NCBI GenBank assembly: GCA_963826715.1
Contig: CAWGYA010000008.1
Coordinates: 288,001 to 352,000, forward strand
Reading direction: 5' to 3'
DNA from: Candidatus Bathyarchaeota archaeon
GTDB taxonomy: Archaea > Thermoproteota > Bathyarchaeia > Bathyarchaeales > Bathycorpusculaceae
Length of the DNA: 64,000 nt
This document shows, piece by piece, positions 1 through 10,828 of the stretch. Position 1 is the stretch's first letter; every line of letters begins with the position of its first letter. The notes under the pieces are model-generated. The model worked only from the letters and a program-made list of their open reading frames with translations, did no database searches and was not told the origin of the DNA. A program made the translations under genes and the position numbers.

Positions 1-1
1 C

Positions 2-1012
2 CGTTCTCAGCGCCTTGGCGACGAGTTGGGGGTAGAAACACTTTATGTGAAGAATGAGGGCGAAAACCCCACTGGCAGTTTTAAAGATCGTGGCATGACC
101 GTTGGGGTTACCAAAGCTGTCGAGCTTGGCGCTCGTCATGTCATCTGCGCTTCAACCGGTAACACTTCGGCTAGCCTCGCAGCATACGCTGCACGCGCTG
201 GAATCCGCTGCACAGTCCTGATTCCGTCAGGCAAAATCGCGTATGGCAAACTTAGTCAAGCCATGATACATGGCGCTAAAGTTTTGCAAGTTAGAGGAAA
301 CTTTGATGAAGCGTTAGATTTTGTTCTGAAACTCGCTGATAAACACAAAGACATTTACTTACTTAACTCGATTAACCCTTTCCGTATTGAAGGTCAAAAG
401 TCGCTGGGATACGAAATCTGCGAACAATTAAACTATGTGGTTCCGGATCGCATTATTATCCCCGTTGGAAACGCTGGCAACATCAGCGCTGTCTGGAAGG
501 GCTTGAATGAATTCTATAAATTAGGTTTAATCAAGATGCTACCTAAAATGACGGGTATCCAAGCTGAAGGTTCAGCGCCTATAGTGCAGGCGATTAAAAC
601 AGGTAGTGACAAAATTGTTCCTGTTGAGCACCCCGAAACTCTTGCGACCGCCATCCGGATTGGTGCGCCTGTAAGCTGGAAGAAAGCGATAAATGCTATC
701 CGTGAATCCCGTGGTACAGCTGAAACCGTCACGGATCAAGAAATTCTTGATGCACAAAAAACTTTAGCGCGGGTGGAAGGCATTTTTGTGGAACCCGCTT
801 CGGCTTCATCTATTGCTGGACTTAAGAAGCTCATTAAGAGAGGTGTGATACTTGAGAATGAACGTGTGGTCTGCATCACGACGGGTCATGGTCTCAAAGA
901 TCCAGATACTGCAATTAAACAGAGTGAGAAGCCTCTTGAGGTAGATGCTGATATCTCAGCGATTGAGGATGCTTTGGGTTTAAAGAAGGAAACGGCAATT
1001 TTAGCACGGTGA
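2..1012 (+). CDS. thrC: Threonine synthase (5' truncated by window edge)
   Basis: PLP lysine motif NPTGSFKDRG, ASTGNT, PVGNAGN, VEPASA, TGHGLKD; frame is open from position 2; first gene of thrC-hom-lysC run. Confidence 0.95.
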   Translation, partial: RSQRLGDELGVETLYVKNEGENPTGSFKDRGMTVGVTKAVELGARHVICASTGNTSASLAAYAARAGIRCTVLIPSGKIAYGKLSQAMIHGAKVLQVRGNFDEALDFVLKLADKHKDIYLLNSINPFRIEGQKSLGYEICEQLNYVVPDRIIIPVGNAGNISAVWKGLNEFYKLGLIKMLPKMTGIQAEGSAPIVQAIKTGSDKIVPVEHPETLATAIRIGAPVSWKKAINAIRESRGTAETVTDQEILDAQKTLARVEGIFVEPASASSIAGLKKLIKRGVILENERVVCITTGHGLKDPDTAIKQSEKPLEVDADISAIEDALGLKKETAILAR

Positions 1013-1019
1013 ACATGAA

Positions 1020-2060
1020 ATGAGAATCATCTTAGTTGGATATGGTGTTGTTGGCAAAGGGGTTACGACTATTCTTGCTCGCCGGTACATCGAGGAAGTT
1101 AGGAACTATGGGTTTAATCCCAAAATCGTTGCTATCGCGGATATAGATGGGGCAGTAATCAGCCCCCGTGGTCTCAGCCCTAAGAAGTTGGAGAATCTTA
1201 AAACTACTCGTCCCATTTCCTCTGACCCCGAATTTGGGCACCCGGATATGAAGGCGTTAGATGTCATTGAATCGGTGGAAGCCGAAGTGGTTGTTGAAGT
1301 TACTCCAGTTAACATTCAGAATGCGGAACCTGCGCTCTCGCACATTACCAAGGCATTTAAAACTGGCAAACATGTTGTCACAACTAACAAAGGACCATTG
1401 GCCCTTGCTATGCCAGCCTTAACTGAACTTGCTGAGTATAACAATGTGTATTTGCGTTTCAGTGGTACTGTTGGCGGTGGTACTCCTATGCTTGAATTTG
1501 CTAAACGCTGCTTAGCAGGTGACAGAATTCTTGGGATAAAAGGTATTCTCAATGGTACGACTAATTATGTCCTAACTGAGATGGCTCAGAATCGTGTGTC
1601 TTTCCAAGATGCTTTGTCAAATGCGCAGAAGCTTGGATATGCAGAGAGGGAACCTTCGATGGATATTGATGGTTTTGACACTGCCTGCAAAGTCGTTATC
1701 TTGTCGAATTGGATACTTAACAAGAAAATCACTTTAAAAGATGTGGATCGGACAGGAATTCGCGACGTTACGGTGAAGATGCAGGATGACGCCTCAAAAC
1801 GCGGCAATACTCTCAAACTCATAGGGGCCATAGACGGTGAAAATACCACTGTTAAGCCCACTGAGATTCCTAAAACTGATCCTTTATGTGTCAGTGGAGT
1901 TCTCAATGCCATTACTTTCCAAACTGAGTATGCGGGTGAGCAGACTCTTGTCGGCAGAGGTGCAGGCGGAGTTGAGACTGCAAGTGCAGTTTTAAGGGAC
2001 CTCTTAGACATAAGACATAAGTTAGCAAATAGACTGCTAAATAATAACTCGGAGCTTTAA
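1020..2060 (+). CDS. hom: Homoserine dehydrogenase
   Basis: Rossmann GYGVVG, HVVTTNKGP, TVGGGTP, GILNGTTNY, GYAE..P..DIDG.D, GRGAGGVETASAV. Confidence 0.95.
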   Translation: MRIILVGYGVVGKGVTTILARRYIEEVRNYGFNPKIVAIADIDGAVISPRGLSPKKLENLKTTRPISSDPEFGHPDMKALDVIESVEAEVVVEVTPVNIQNAEPALSHITKAFKTGKHVVTTNKGPLALAMPALTELAEYNNVYLRFSGTVGGGTPMLEFAKRCLAGDRILGIKGILNGTTNYVLTEMAQNRVSFQDALSNAQKLGYAEREPSMDIDGFDTACKVVILSNWILNKKITLKDVDRTGIRDVTVKMQDDASKRGNTLKLIGAIDGENTTVKPTEIPKTDPLCVSGVLNAITFQTEYAGEQTLVGRGAGGVETASAVLRDLLDIRHKLANRLLNNNSEL

Positions 2061-2062
2061 AA

Positions 2063-3472
2063 ATGAAAATCATTATGAAGTTCGGCGGCACTAGCGTCGG
2101 GACAGGCGAAAATATACGCCACGTAGCAGAAGTTGTCATGCAGTATTCAAAACAAGATTACAAGGTAGCGGTGGCGGTTTCTGCATTAGCAGGCGTTACA
2201 AACAGTTTAATTGAAGTAGGCTGCCAAGCTAAGAAAAGCAACGAAAATCAAATCCAAACTTTTACCGCTGATCTGTTAAAGAAGCATATAGAAGCTATAG
2301 AGAGAGCTATTAGCAGCAAAAGTATTCAAAAAGAAGTTACTGACATTACCGAGAAAACCATAATTGAACTTGAAAAAGTCTTAACAGGCATCTGTTATGT
2401 TGGCGAATTAACACCTAAATCTAAAGATTATGTCATGTCGTTTGGTGAGCGGTTGTCTGCACCTATTGTTTGGGGAGCCATAAAAGACCTTAAGGGCAAA
2501 ACTCAATGGTTCACAGGTAAAGACGCTGGGATTGTTACTAATTCAAACTTTGGTGAAGCCGATCCTCTCATGAACTACACCACTCATCTGATCCGTGAAC
2601 GTTTAAGCCCTCTGCTTGAGCAGGGCGTTATCCCTGTTGTCACAGGGTTTATCGCGGCAAATCAAGATGGAATTATTACCACTGTTGGGCGAGGCGGTTC
2701 CGATTATACTGCGACTATCCTTGGTGTGGCTTTGCAGGCGGATGAAGTTTGGATATGGACAGATGTGGACGGCATAATGACCACCGATCCTAAAATCGTT
2801 CCCACTGCCCGCATGCTCTCTCAGTTAAGTTATCAGGAAGCCGCGGAAATGGCGATTTTTGGTGCCAAAGCCATGCATCCTCGAGCTCTTGGACCGGTCA
2901 TAAAGGAAAATATACCTGTACGCATCCGAAACACTGCGCATCCCGAAAATCAAGGTACTCTTATCACTAAAGAACCCAACCCCAATGCTAAAGAAGCTGT
3001 GAAGGCAGTCGCCATGATAAAAGATGTGGCGATGCTTAATGTCTACGGTGCGGCAATGGTTGGAGCACCGGGAAGTTATGCAAAAATATTAGATGTTTTG
3101 GGGAAAAACAACATCAACGTCATGATGGTATCTGCAGCAGTCTCTGAAGCTAACATTTCAATGATAATCAAGCGAGGCCTATTGGGTAGAGCCATTAGCA
3201 ATCTAGAAATTGCTTTGTTGGAACGCGGAGGCATAGTCAATGAAGTCACTGCAGAAGATGATGTCGCTGTAATCGCTGTGATGGGCGCCTATATGAAAGG
3301 TACCTTGGGTGTAGCATCGAAAATCTTTAGCATCGTTGCAAAGAAGGGCATTAACGTCCGGATGATTGCTCAAGGCAGCTCTGAACTTAACATTTCCTTT
3401 GTTGTTAAGGAGAATGATGGGTTCTCAGTTGTGCAGGAGATACACAGAGAATTCAATTTAGACAAAAAATAG
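2063..3472 (+). CDS. lysC: Aspartate kinase with C-terminal ACT domains
   Basis: MKFGGTSV, SFGERLS, GRGGSDYTA, WTDVDGIMTTDP, QGSSELNIS. Confidence 0.95.
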   Translation: MKIIMKFGGTSVGTGENIRHVAEVVMQYSKQDYKVAVAVSALAGVTNSLIEVGCQAKKSNENQIQTFTADLLKKHIEAIERAISSKSIQKEVTDITEKTIIELEKVLTGICYVGELTPKSKDYVMSFGERLSAPIVWGAIKDLKGKTQWFTGKDAGIVTNSNFGEADPLMNYTTHLIRERLSPLLEQGVIPVVTGFIAANQDGIITTVGRGGSDYTATILGVALQADEVWIWTDVDGIMTTDPKIVPTARMLSQLSYQEAAEMAIFGAKAMHPRALGPVIKENIPVRIRNTAHPENQGTLITKEPNPNAKEAVKAVAMIKDVAMLNVYGAAMVGAPGSYAKILDVLGKNNINVMMVSAAVSEANISMIIKRGLLGRAISNLEIALLERGGIVNEVTAEDDVAVIAVMGAYMKGTLGVASKIFSIVAKKGINVRMIAQGSSELNISFVVKENDGFSVVQEIHREFNLDKK

Positions 3473-3863
3473 ATTGATCGAGGAGATTACCTCTTCTTCG
3501 CTTTTTACGGTTATTTAGTTTTGGTCCACTTTCCATTTAAGGTGCCAATTTATTCTTTGTTTTGGTCAAAAGTTATTTTTGGACAAACAATAATTTAGCT
3601 AGTAAGAGATTTATTCTTGATTATACAAAGTTTCTATATTATGATTCTATTGTTTAACTTAATGTTCCTCTTGTTATCGCAGGTGCGGCGACTACTCTAA
3701 TTAGGTTGTTGACTTTCTGGATTCAAATTATGGTAGTTTATCCTATATTTCAGTTGACTGGACTTAAGAATGTATTAAGAGGCGGTCTTTCAATGGATGC
3801 CCTTGTTGGTACTCAAGAACCCTAACCGTCAATATCGTTAATATGAAAACACGAGAGAATTAA

Positions 3864-4241
3864 TTGATGATATTTGCCAAAATAGGAGCTGGCTTATACG
3901 TTATTTGGGGACTGCTTCATATTCAAGCAGCGTACGAAGCATTCATTCTCGGAACCACCATTAATCAAGGTATTATTCAAGGAAAAATTTTTCAAGATGC
4001 TTGGAACTTGCTCTTTTTTGCATTGTTTAGTATAGTAATTGCATCCAGATTCAACTGGAAAAACAGTGTTTTGGGGTACTGGCTTAACTTGGCGGTGGTC
4101 AGTATGGCGGATATAGGTTTCGTGGTTTTTGTCCTTATTCCAGGAAATGTGACGTTTTTTCCAGGTGTTTTAGGACCGGTCTTTTGGATCGCTGCAGCGA
4201 TTTTTTCAAGCATTGGTGCTAAAAAAGAGCCGACCAGTTAG
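3864..4241 (+). CDS. Hypothetical integral membrane protein (about 4 TM)
   Basis: 125 aa ORF with four hydrophobic segments. Confidence 0.7.
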   Translation: MMIFAKIGAGLYVIWGLLHIQAAYEAFILGTTINQGIIQGKIFQDAWNLLFFALFSIVIASRFNWKNSVLGYWLNLAVVSMADIGFVVFVLIPGNVTFFPGVLGPVFWIAAAIFSSIGAKKEPTS

Positions 4242-4416
4242 ATGCTGTTTACGTGGCGGTATTTGGGGTGTGTTAAGTTAGCTGCGATAACCCGAATGTA
4301 AATTGTTTGTGTTTGTAACTATTCGGCTGTTTTTGGTTCTCTTCATATCATCTAATTTTGACTTGGAGATTTAGATTTTTAGGGGGATTTAAGACAAAAG
4401 GTAATTGTGGAATTGA

Positions 4417-4677
4417 TCAGTTCCACGGGAATAATTGAGGATAGAAAATCGTTGAAACAATAAGGACAAGCACAACTATCAAAGCAGCAGTAATAATGAC
4501 TTTTTTTGCGTTAGTTGAAAGCTTAGGGCGGGGCTTTGAGGCGGGAATCTCTACAGTTTGGGAGGGCGCTTGTTGAAATTTAACAGTGGGCGAATTTTGT
4601 CTTGGAATTGCTTTTTGGCAGTATGGACAGAATACTTCTGTGTCTTTGATCTGGCGTTTGCAATAAGGGCAAAACAT
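4417..4677 (-). CDS. Zinc-ribbon protein with C-terminal membrane anchor
   Basis: FCPYC...FCPYC pair, Pro-rich linker, C-terminal TM helix. Confidence 0.8.
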   Translation of the reverse strand: MFCPYCKRQIKDTEVFCPYCQKAIPRQNSPTVKFQQAPSQTVEIPASKPRPKLSTNAKKVIITAALIVVLVLIVSTIFYPQLFPWN

Positions 4678-5196
4678 TGTTTTTAGCTCATTCTTTGGCG
4701 TTGGAAGAAGGCAATAAAGCTTGCCTTCTCAAGCTAAAAAGGAGAACAAATCATTAAAAAGTAAAAACTGAGCAAATTTTGATTCTCGCGGGCTTTTCAA
4801 ATTTAAAATTGTATTTTTAGGTAACATATTTCATTTTGTGGAAAGTCAGTTGGCTTGTTAAAACATCAGTTACAAATGGTTTTTGTTGTTTCTTTGATTA
4901 ATAGAAGAAATTTGTCGGTGGGGGGTTGCTTCTTCTTCTTTTGAAATGCTTAAAATTCTGTTGGTTAGTGGAGCATATTGATTTGGCTGTTTGTATATAA
5001 GAAAAGTGATGGCAATTACGATTCGTCGACTTAATATGTGATTTTTTCGCAGGTTTAAATTCTATTGAAGTTTATGAACTGTATCTGCGTTAGAGTGAAT
5101 TGAGTACTTGACTGCTTCAAAAAAAGAAGTAATGTTAATTTTATTGCTTTAGACTAATTCGTGTTAGTGATTAAAAGAAAGGTAGAAAATAGAAGG

Positions 5197-6168
5197 TTAA
5201 AAGCTAGCTCTTTCAGGTATTTCGAGGTTTAGCTGTCGTTTTAGTGCTTTGTATCTGTTTCTAACTGTAACTTCTGTGACTCCAGCAGCTTCCGCGATGT
5301 CTTTTTGCGTAATCTTTTCGTTATTCTGAAGACAAGCAATATAAAGAGACGCAGCTGCCATACCCATCGGGTCCTTGCCAGCTGAAACACGTCTTCTTCT
5401 TGCTTCCTTTAGTATGGCTATGGCTGTCCCCTGTGTTTTGCCTGAAACTCCGTTGTTTCCTGCAATTTTTGATATATATGATAGGGGGTCGGAAACCGGC
5501 ATGTGGAAATCAAGCTCTTGCAGCAGTAGACGATAGCAACGTGCCACATCTTTTTTGTCTACGAGGCTGGCTTCGGTGATTTCTCGGAGCGATCTGGGTA
5601 ATCCGCTTTTGCGGCAAGCAGCATATAAAGAGGCAGCAGCGATGGCAGATATAGATCTCCCGCGGACTAATCCTTTTTCGAGTGCTTTTCTGTAGATGAG
5701 GGCGGCTTTTTCTTTTATTGGGGGTGCAATGTTTATTTTGCCTGATAAACGGTCAAGTTCGCTCATGGCTTGAGCGAGATTTCGGTCTATGGATGAGTGG
5801 ACTCGGCTGCGTATTTGCCATTTCCTAAGACGCCACATCTGAAGGCGTGTAGATAGGGGTAGTTTTCTTCCAAAGGCATCTCTGTCTACTTGGCTGATGG
5901 TTGTGGATAATCCTTTATCATGAACCGAATAAGAAGTAGGCATACCAACACGACTACGAGAAGCCTTCTCCTGCGGAGTAAACGCACGCCACTCCGGAGC
6001 CTTATCCAACATCTGCTCATACAAAACAAGACCACAATCACCACAAATAGTTTCACCAGTATCATAATCATGAACAAGATTGTCACTTGTGCATTCGGGG
6101 CACTTATCGGCTAAGCGAGGATTCGCTTTTGGAGCTTCCTGGGATATTGTCATTTCTTCTTCTTCCAT
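5197..6168 (-). CDS. tfb: Transcription initiation factor IIB (TFB)
   Basis: Zn ribbon CPEC...CGDCG, B-reader PEWRAF, two cyclin repeats, C-terminal HTH QKDIAEAAGVTEVTVRNRYK. Confidence 0.97.
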   Translation of the reverse strand: MEEEEMTISQEAPKANPRLADKCPECTSDNLVHDYDTGETICGDCGLVLYEQMLDKAPEWRAFTPQEKASRSRVGMPTSYSVHDKGLSTTISQVDRDAFGRKLPLSTRLQMWRLRKWQIRSRVHSSIDRNLAQAMSELDRLSGKINIAPPIKEKAALIYRKALEKGLVRGRSISAIAAASLYAACRKSGLPRSLREITEASLVDKKDVARCYRLLLQELDFHMPVSDPLSYISKIAGNNGVSGKTQGTAIAILKEARRRRVSAGKDPMGMAAASLYIACLQNNEKITQKDIAEAAGVTEVTVRNRYKALKRQLNLEIPERASF

Positions 6169-6335
6169 TTATTTGCTCAGATCTTCACCAAATATAAAAA
6201 ACCCTGTTGGGTTAATTGATAACATGATCTACGCAGTAGAAATAAAATAAGCCGTAGTTATTATACATGATATATTTTTTTAACAATTATTAGGTTATTC
6301 TGTTGAAGTTATGGCTATTGGATGATTTCTAATTT

Positions 6336-9300
6336 TTATAAACGGTTTTTTTCAGCTTTAACATAGACTTCGACTTTTATGTTAGAACTTGCATGTTGAA
6401 GGAACTCTGACAAATTCCCAGCCCAGTGTGGTTTTGAGTCAGCGGTAAAACCTACAGTCTCAGCGATTCCTCGCCATAATAGCGCTTTATCATAATCTTG
6501 TGCATCTTGCGGCATAAATTCGAAAATCGAGCGGCTTGCTACGATAACTAACTTCTTTTTCATACGGGATATGGCGACATTGATGCGGTTTAGGTTAAGT
6601 AGGAATTCGCTTTCGCTTCGGACGTAATCGGGGTCGCTTACACATGTGCTTATGATTATAAAGTCGGCTTCGCCACCTTGATATCTTTCAACAGTGTCAA
6701 CACGGGTGTTTGCGCAACCGTCTTGAAGCATGTTTTTGAGAAGCCCCTTCTGAGCGTTGTGAGGCGTGATTACACCTATGCTTTCGCATTGAGCATTTCT
6801 GACTATAGCTTGAACAATCGAAGCCTCAATAAGGTTTGATTGGAAACTTTCCGCTTCGTCATGCACGATAAGAACAAATACGTTTTCAGGAGCCAAAACG
6901 ACTCCTAACCCAGCTGTTGCAGCTTTCACAGGAGCCAGCATTTGTCGTTGCTCCGAGTGGAAGTCAATCTGATCTTTCTCGTATACCCATTCTCGTAGAA
7001 ACTCCGCTATAACCGAGTGGCAACGATGGCTCTCGCATAACCTCTCTGCAGGAATATCCGCTGGATTTCTGCATTTTATCCGTTCCAGTCCAAGGTCTTC
7101 GTTGCGCAATAGGCGCAGAAAATCCATTGCTGAGAGGAAAGAAGCCATCTCTTCAAGAGTGCGTCGGTCTTCTCTTTCCCAGTTATGAGCGACAATCGGT
7201 GGTAGTTGTCGGTGGTCGCCTGCAACAAGGATTTGGCTGTTCTTTGATAGAAAGCTGCCTGAGAGTATAAGTTCGGGGAGTCTCATCATGCTTGCTTCGT
7301 CCACGACAAGCAAATCAAAGAAACCCTCACCCCATGGTGGCTCTGAATCCCCGATTTTCTTCATCAACCCATAAAGTCCTGGAGGAGTAAGACATAGAAC
7401 CAGTGGTTCAGAGGTAGAAGCGGCAGAGGTTAAGGTGGATTGGTTCAACAGACAATTTGTGAGTTCCAAGACCGTTTCTTGATCTTGGTTGTAGTTAACG
7501 TATTTGACGCCATTAATTGGTTTGACTAGAGAGATGTCGCTACTTAGTACGCGGAAGATTCTCAGGTCTTTGAGGTCATTGCCGCCGGCGTTGGTGTATT
7601 CTTGCCAGCATCTGGCAAGCTTTTCGACGAATTCTTGGATGGCTTTGTGGGTTGGTGCAACCATTAATACTCGGCATCTTGATTTTGCCCTATGAGCAGC
7701 GATATGCGCTAGAACTGCTAACTGCAAAGTTTCAGTTTTTCCTGTGCCTGGTGGACCCTGAAGCATAACAATCGGTTCGTGCCCAAATATCCTGTCAACA
7801 AAACGTTTCTGTTCAGCATTGGGTGGAAAACTTCTGCTTTCCATCCAACGCAGAAACCCAGATGCTGTTTCCATTGACAATGCAATCCTTGAGGTGCCCC
7901 CTGTTTTGCCCGCTAAATAATCAGCCAAAAGACGATATAGAACATTGTTGCCTGCGTAATCTAGACACTTAGCGGCTCTATCTGAAATTATGTCGTCAGC
8001 TAAATCATCTAGTATGTAGTAACGTCCTGCCTCAAAGAGTTGCATATATTTATTTTGGGCTTTCTCAGAGTCGGTTGTTGGCAGATTATGCCACGCGCTA
8101 TATTTGCTGCCTCTGCCGCGAGGCCAGCTGAGGACCTTAATCACGATTTCCAGCTTTGATACATCGACTCTATCAACTATGGCTCGAGCAGACTTCTCCA
8201 CTTCTCCAGGCGAGCGCTTATCGGTTTCTTCAAACTGCCCCTGTCCGTTAAGGCGTAGCTCGGTCACAACCATCCAGTCGCCTGAGCTAGAGCCATCTGA
8301 GCCCTTCACACGGCAGGCGTTGGCAACGCAGTCAGTTTTAGGCAGTCCTGTGCCCTCATAAACTAATTTTCCTCTTACAATGAATTCCTTCTCGAATTCA
8401 TCCACACGCGTGCATTGGAAGATCACTGATCGTCCTGAAGCAACTCTTTGGTATGGCAGCATAGCGTAATGTTGGTACATTTCTTGACGCTTTGAGAAGT
8501 ACTCCAAATCTAAAAATTCCCTGCAACTCCGTTCCAGTGTTGATGTACCGAGTGAGAATTCTTGGATTTTGGGGATAGCAATTGGTTTTTTGCCCAGTCT
8601 CCTGTTGCGGATTGATAATGACCGCTCGATTTGTTCTAGTGCCATGCAAATTTTGGTGCCCATAAGATTAAGTTCTTCATCGGTTATGCGGCGTGTTTTG
8701 GTTGTATAATCGCACCATTTACGTTTCTCAAGCAGTATTTTGGCTGGTCCTTTGACTTGGTCAAAGTTATCTAAGCGTTTTTTTGCGCCCCAGAGGTATT
8801 CGATTGGTAATTGGTCACCGAATCGAGCGCGGGCAGGGTAATATCCGTCGCTGTGTCCTTCCTTAAGAAAGGCGATTGAGCCATCGAGGTTTCTTTTGTA
8901 AGGTAAAGAGTAATTGAATAATCCATCGCGGAACACCAACGCTAGATCAACTATACTGCCGTCCCTGCGTTTGACGCGCCATTGATTGCGGTCAAAGAAA
9001 CATGCTTGCTCCAAAATTGGCAGCAGCCCAGAACTGTGATAGCGCAGGGCTTTTCGGTGAACGACTTCGTCTTGTAGGATTGAGAACATTGGTTGGTCGA
9101 TAGCTTGCCTCAAACCAAGAAGGTCACGCACCGCTTGTGCACTTATCAATGATGGTTGGCGGCAAACAGCTTTCATGAGTATATCGCGTTCTTGGCGACT
9201 GAAAAAGTACAAGTGAATAGGCGCTTCATCGGGGCTACCTGCGGCGTTGGCAGCTTTGTTTATGGCTTGAGATAGGTCTTGAAAGAAGCCTTCGAGCAAC

Positions 9301-10688
9301 TTTTGCTCTTCATCAATGCATTCATTCCGATCATCAGGGAGGCTGCGAATTACTCGCGAAATGCATAATGGCTCACCTCGGTAGCGAGTGCAACTGACTT
9401 TGGCGCTAAGCATTGAAACTACATCTAGCATGTAATCCCATTCGACGAAGAGATAGATGCGGATTAAGCTGTCAGGGTTATAGAGCAGTGAATAGTCAGC
9501 ACCTGCAGAAGGGCTGTCTTCGGGGAGGTTTCCATAGCCTGTTCCCGTTAACCAGGGCATCCATCGACTTTTGCTTGCGTTTTGACTGCTTGGGCGGATA
9601 CCACCGAGCATATATTGAGCACGTTCCACTAACCAATCCAGTTTAGCGCCCACGATGGGGTCTGTCGATAGCTCCTGTACTTTTTGGTGGTCTTTGGCAG
9701 GTATAATTTTGAAGTCGTTAGGTCTAAGGTTAGCGGAGTCTAGGACAACTTTTAGTCTTGCCAAATCCTCCAGCTTAGCGATGCCGTGGTGTGATAGCGC
9801 TTTCTGTTCGCCTCGGCTTAAATTCAGCAGTGCAATACTTTCGTTTTCGACAGCGCATACTATGCAGCATTCGTTAAAACCACAGTTGTCGCATCGCCAG
9901 CAAAGCTGATACTCGACTTCATCTATTGGTTTTTTGTGGATGCAATTGAATTCTCCATCTTTTGCTAAAAGGCGTTCAACATCTTGAATAAGGGGGCTCA
10001 GTTTGAATTTTGGAAGGTTCTCTGAGTCGAGACTTTCAAGACTTGTTTCGCGGTTGATGACTCCCCCCTCGAGTTCAACTTTGGCGGATAAACCGCCAAG
10101 TTCACGGGAGAGCAGTAGCGCATAAATAGCTACTTGGATTCGATGAGCAGTGTGCTCTTTCCAAGAGGATTTCAGCTCGAATATACGCACTTTGACTTTA
10201 CCGTTCTTAAGCGGCCAAATAGAAATCAAGTCAGCTATGCCTTTGACTTCCCAAATGCCAATAGTTCCCTTCATGGGCACTTGATAGAGTAGAAAAGGGC
10301 GTGAGTCAGCTTTTTCGCCCTCTATGATCTGGGTTTCAATGACATAACGGAGGTTGTTCATGGAGTCTTCGGCTTTGGTCCATCCGTATTGGTGTGGATC
10401 GTAAACTGTGAAGTCAATATAATTAGCGGCTTTTTCTTTGAGCTCATCTATCTTCTTTTCCTCAAGCGCTTTGCCTGTACCGTAAAGCAAGGGACTGATA
10501 GGTTTGAAGGCTTCAGGCCAGGTGCGTTTACGGACTTCTTTGCCTTCGAATTTAAGTTTGAAAAAGCGGGGGCAACAATTAAAGCGGATGTATTCTGCAA
10601 TACCTGATGCGGTCAGGGAGTTGCTGTTCTGCACCTCTTCTCCTAAAAGGTCGTCCATGTCTATGTCATCGTAACTCAACGCCCACAC
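6336..10688 (-). CDS. Large PD-(D/E)xK (Cas4/Dna2-like) nuclease fused to SF1 (Dna2/Upf1-like) helicase
   Basis: N-term CCPRF, GIADL..FELKSS, HRIQVAIY, CWRCDNCGFNECC; C-term QGPPGTGKT, APTHKA, VVDEASM, GDHRQLPP, TVERYQGGE, RINVAISR. Confidence 0.85.
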   Translation of the reverse strand: MWALSYDDIDMDDLLGEEVQNSNSLTASGIAEYIRFNCCPRFFKLKFEGKEVRKRTWPEAFKPISPLLYGTGKALEEKKIDELKEKAANYIDFTVYDPHQYGWTKAEDSMNNLRYVIETQIIEGEKADSRPFLLYQVPMKGTIGIWEVKGIADLISIWPLKNGKVKVRIFELKSSWKEHTAHRIQVAIYALLLSRELGGLSAKVELEGGVINRETSLESLDSENLPKFKLSPLIQDVERLLAKDGEFNCIHKKPIDEVEYQLCWRCDNCGFNECCIVCAVENESIALLNLSRGEQKALSHHGIAKLEDLARLKVVLDSANLRPNDFKIIPAKDHQKVQELSTDPIVGAKLDWLVERAQYMLGGIRPSSQNASKSRWMPWLTGTGYGNLPEDSPSAGADYSLLYNPDSLIRIYLFVEWDYMLDVVSMLSAKVSCTRYRGEPLCISRVIRSLPDDRNECIDEEQKLLEGFFQDLSQAINKAANAAGSPDEAPIHLYFFSRQERDILMKAVCRQPSLISAQAVRDLLGLRQAIDQPMFSILQDEVVHRKALRYHSSGLLPILEQACFFDRNQWRVKRRDGSIVDLALVFRDGLFNYSLPYKRNLDGSIAFLKEGHSDGYYPARARFGDQLPIEYLWGAKKRLDNFDQVKGPAKILLEKRKWCDYTTKTRRITDEELNLMGTKICMALEQIERSLSIRNRRLGKKPIAIPKIQEFSLGTSTLERSCREFLDLEYFSKRQEMYQHYAMLPYQRVASGRSVIFQCTRVDEFEKEFIVRGKLVYEGTGLPKTDCVANACRVKGSDGSSSGDWMVVTELRLNGQGQFEETDKRSPGEVEKSARAIVDRVDVSKLEIVIKVLSWPRGRGSKYSAWHNLPTTDSEKAQNKYMQLFEAGRYYILDDLADDIISDRAAKCLDYAGNNVLYRLLADYLAGKTGGTSRIALSMETASGFLRWMESRSFPPNAEQKRFVDRIFGHEPIVMLQGPPGTGKTETLQLAVLAHIAAHRAKSRCRVLMVAPTHKAIQEFVEKLARCWQEYTNAGGNDLKDLRIFRVLSSDISLVKPINGVKYVNYNQDQETVLELTNCLLNQSTLTSAASTSEPLVLCLTPPGLYGLMKKIGDSEPPWGEGFFDLLVVDEASMMRLPELILSGSFLSKNSQILVAGDHRQLPPIVAHNWEREDRRTLEEMASFLSAMDFLRLLRNEDLGLERIKCRNPADIPAERLCESHRCHSVIAEFLREWVYEKDQIDFHSEQRQMLAPVKAATAGLGVVLAPENVFVLIVHDEAESFQSNLIEASIVQAIVRNAQCESIGVITPHNAQKGLLKNMLQDGCANTRVDTVERYQGGEADFIIISTCVSDPDYVRSESEFLLNLNRINVAISRMKKKLVIVASRSIFEFMPQDAQDYDKALLWRGIAETVGFTADSKPHWAGNLSEFLQHASSNIKVEVYVKAEKNRL

Positions 10689-10828
10689 ACCTCCTGTATT
10701 AATTTCTAATGTTCTTGACTGTAAGATCTCTGGATATTATTGTATTTACCGTTAAGTTCGCAGTAAAGCCACCACCTAAAGTAAAAGAGCTTTAATGATC
10801 CGAAATATTATTGTGATTTGCGTGTATT

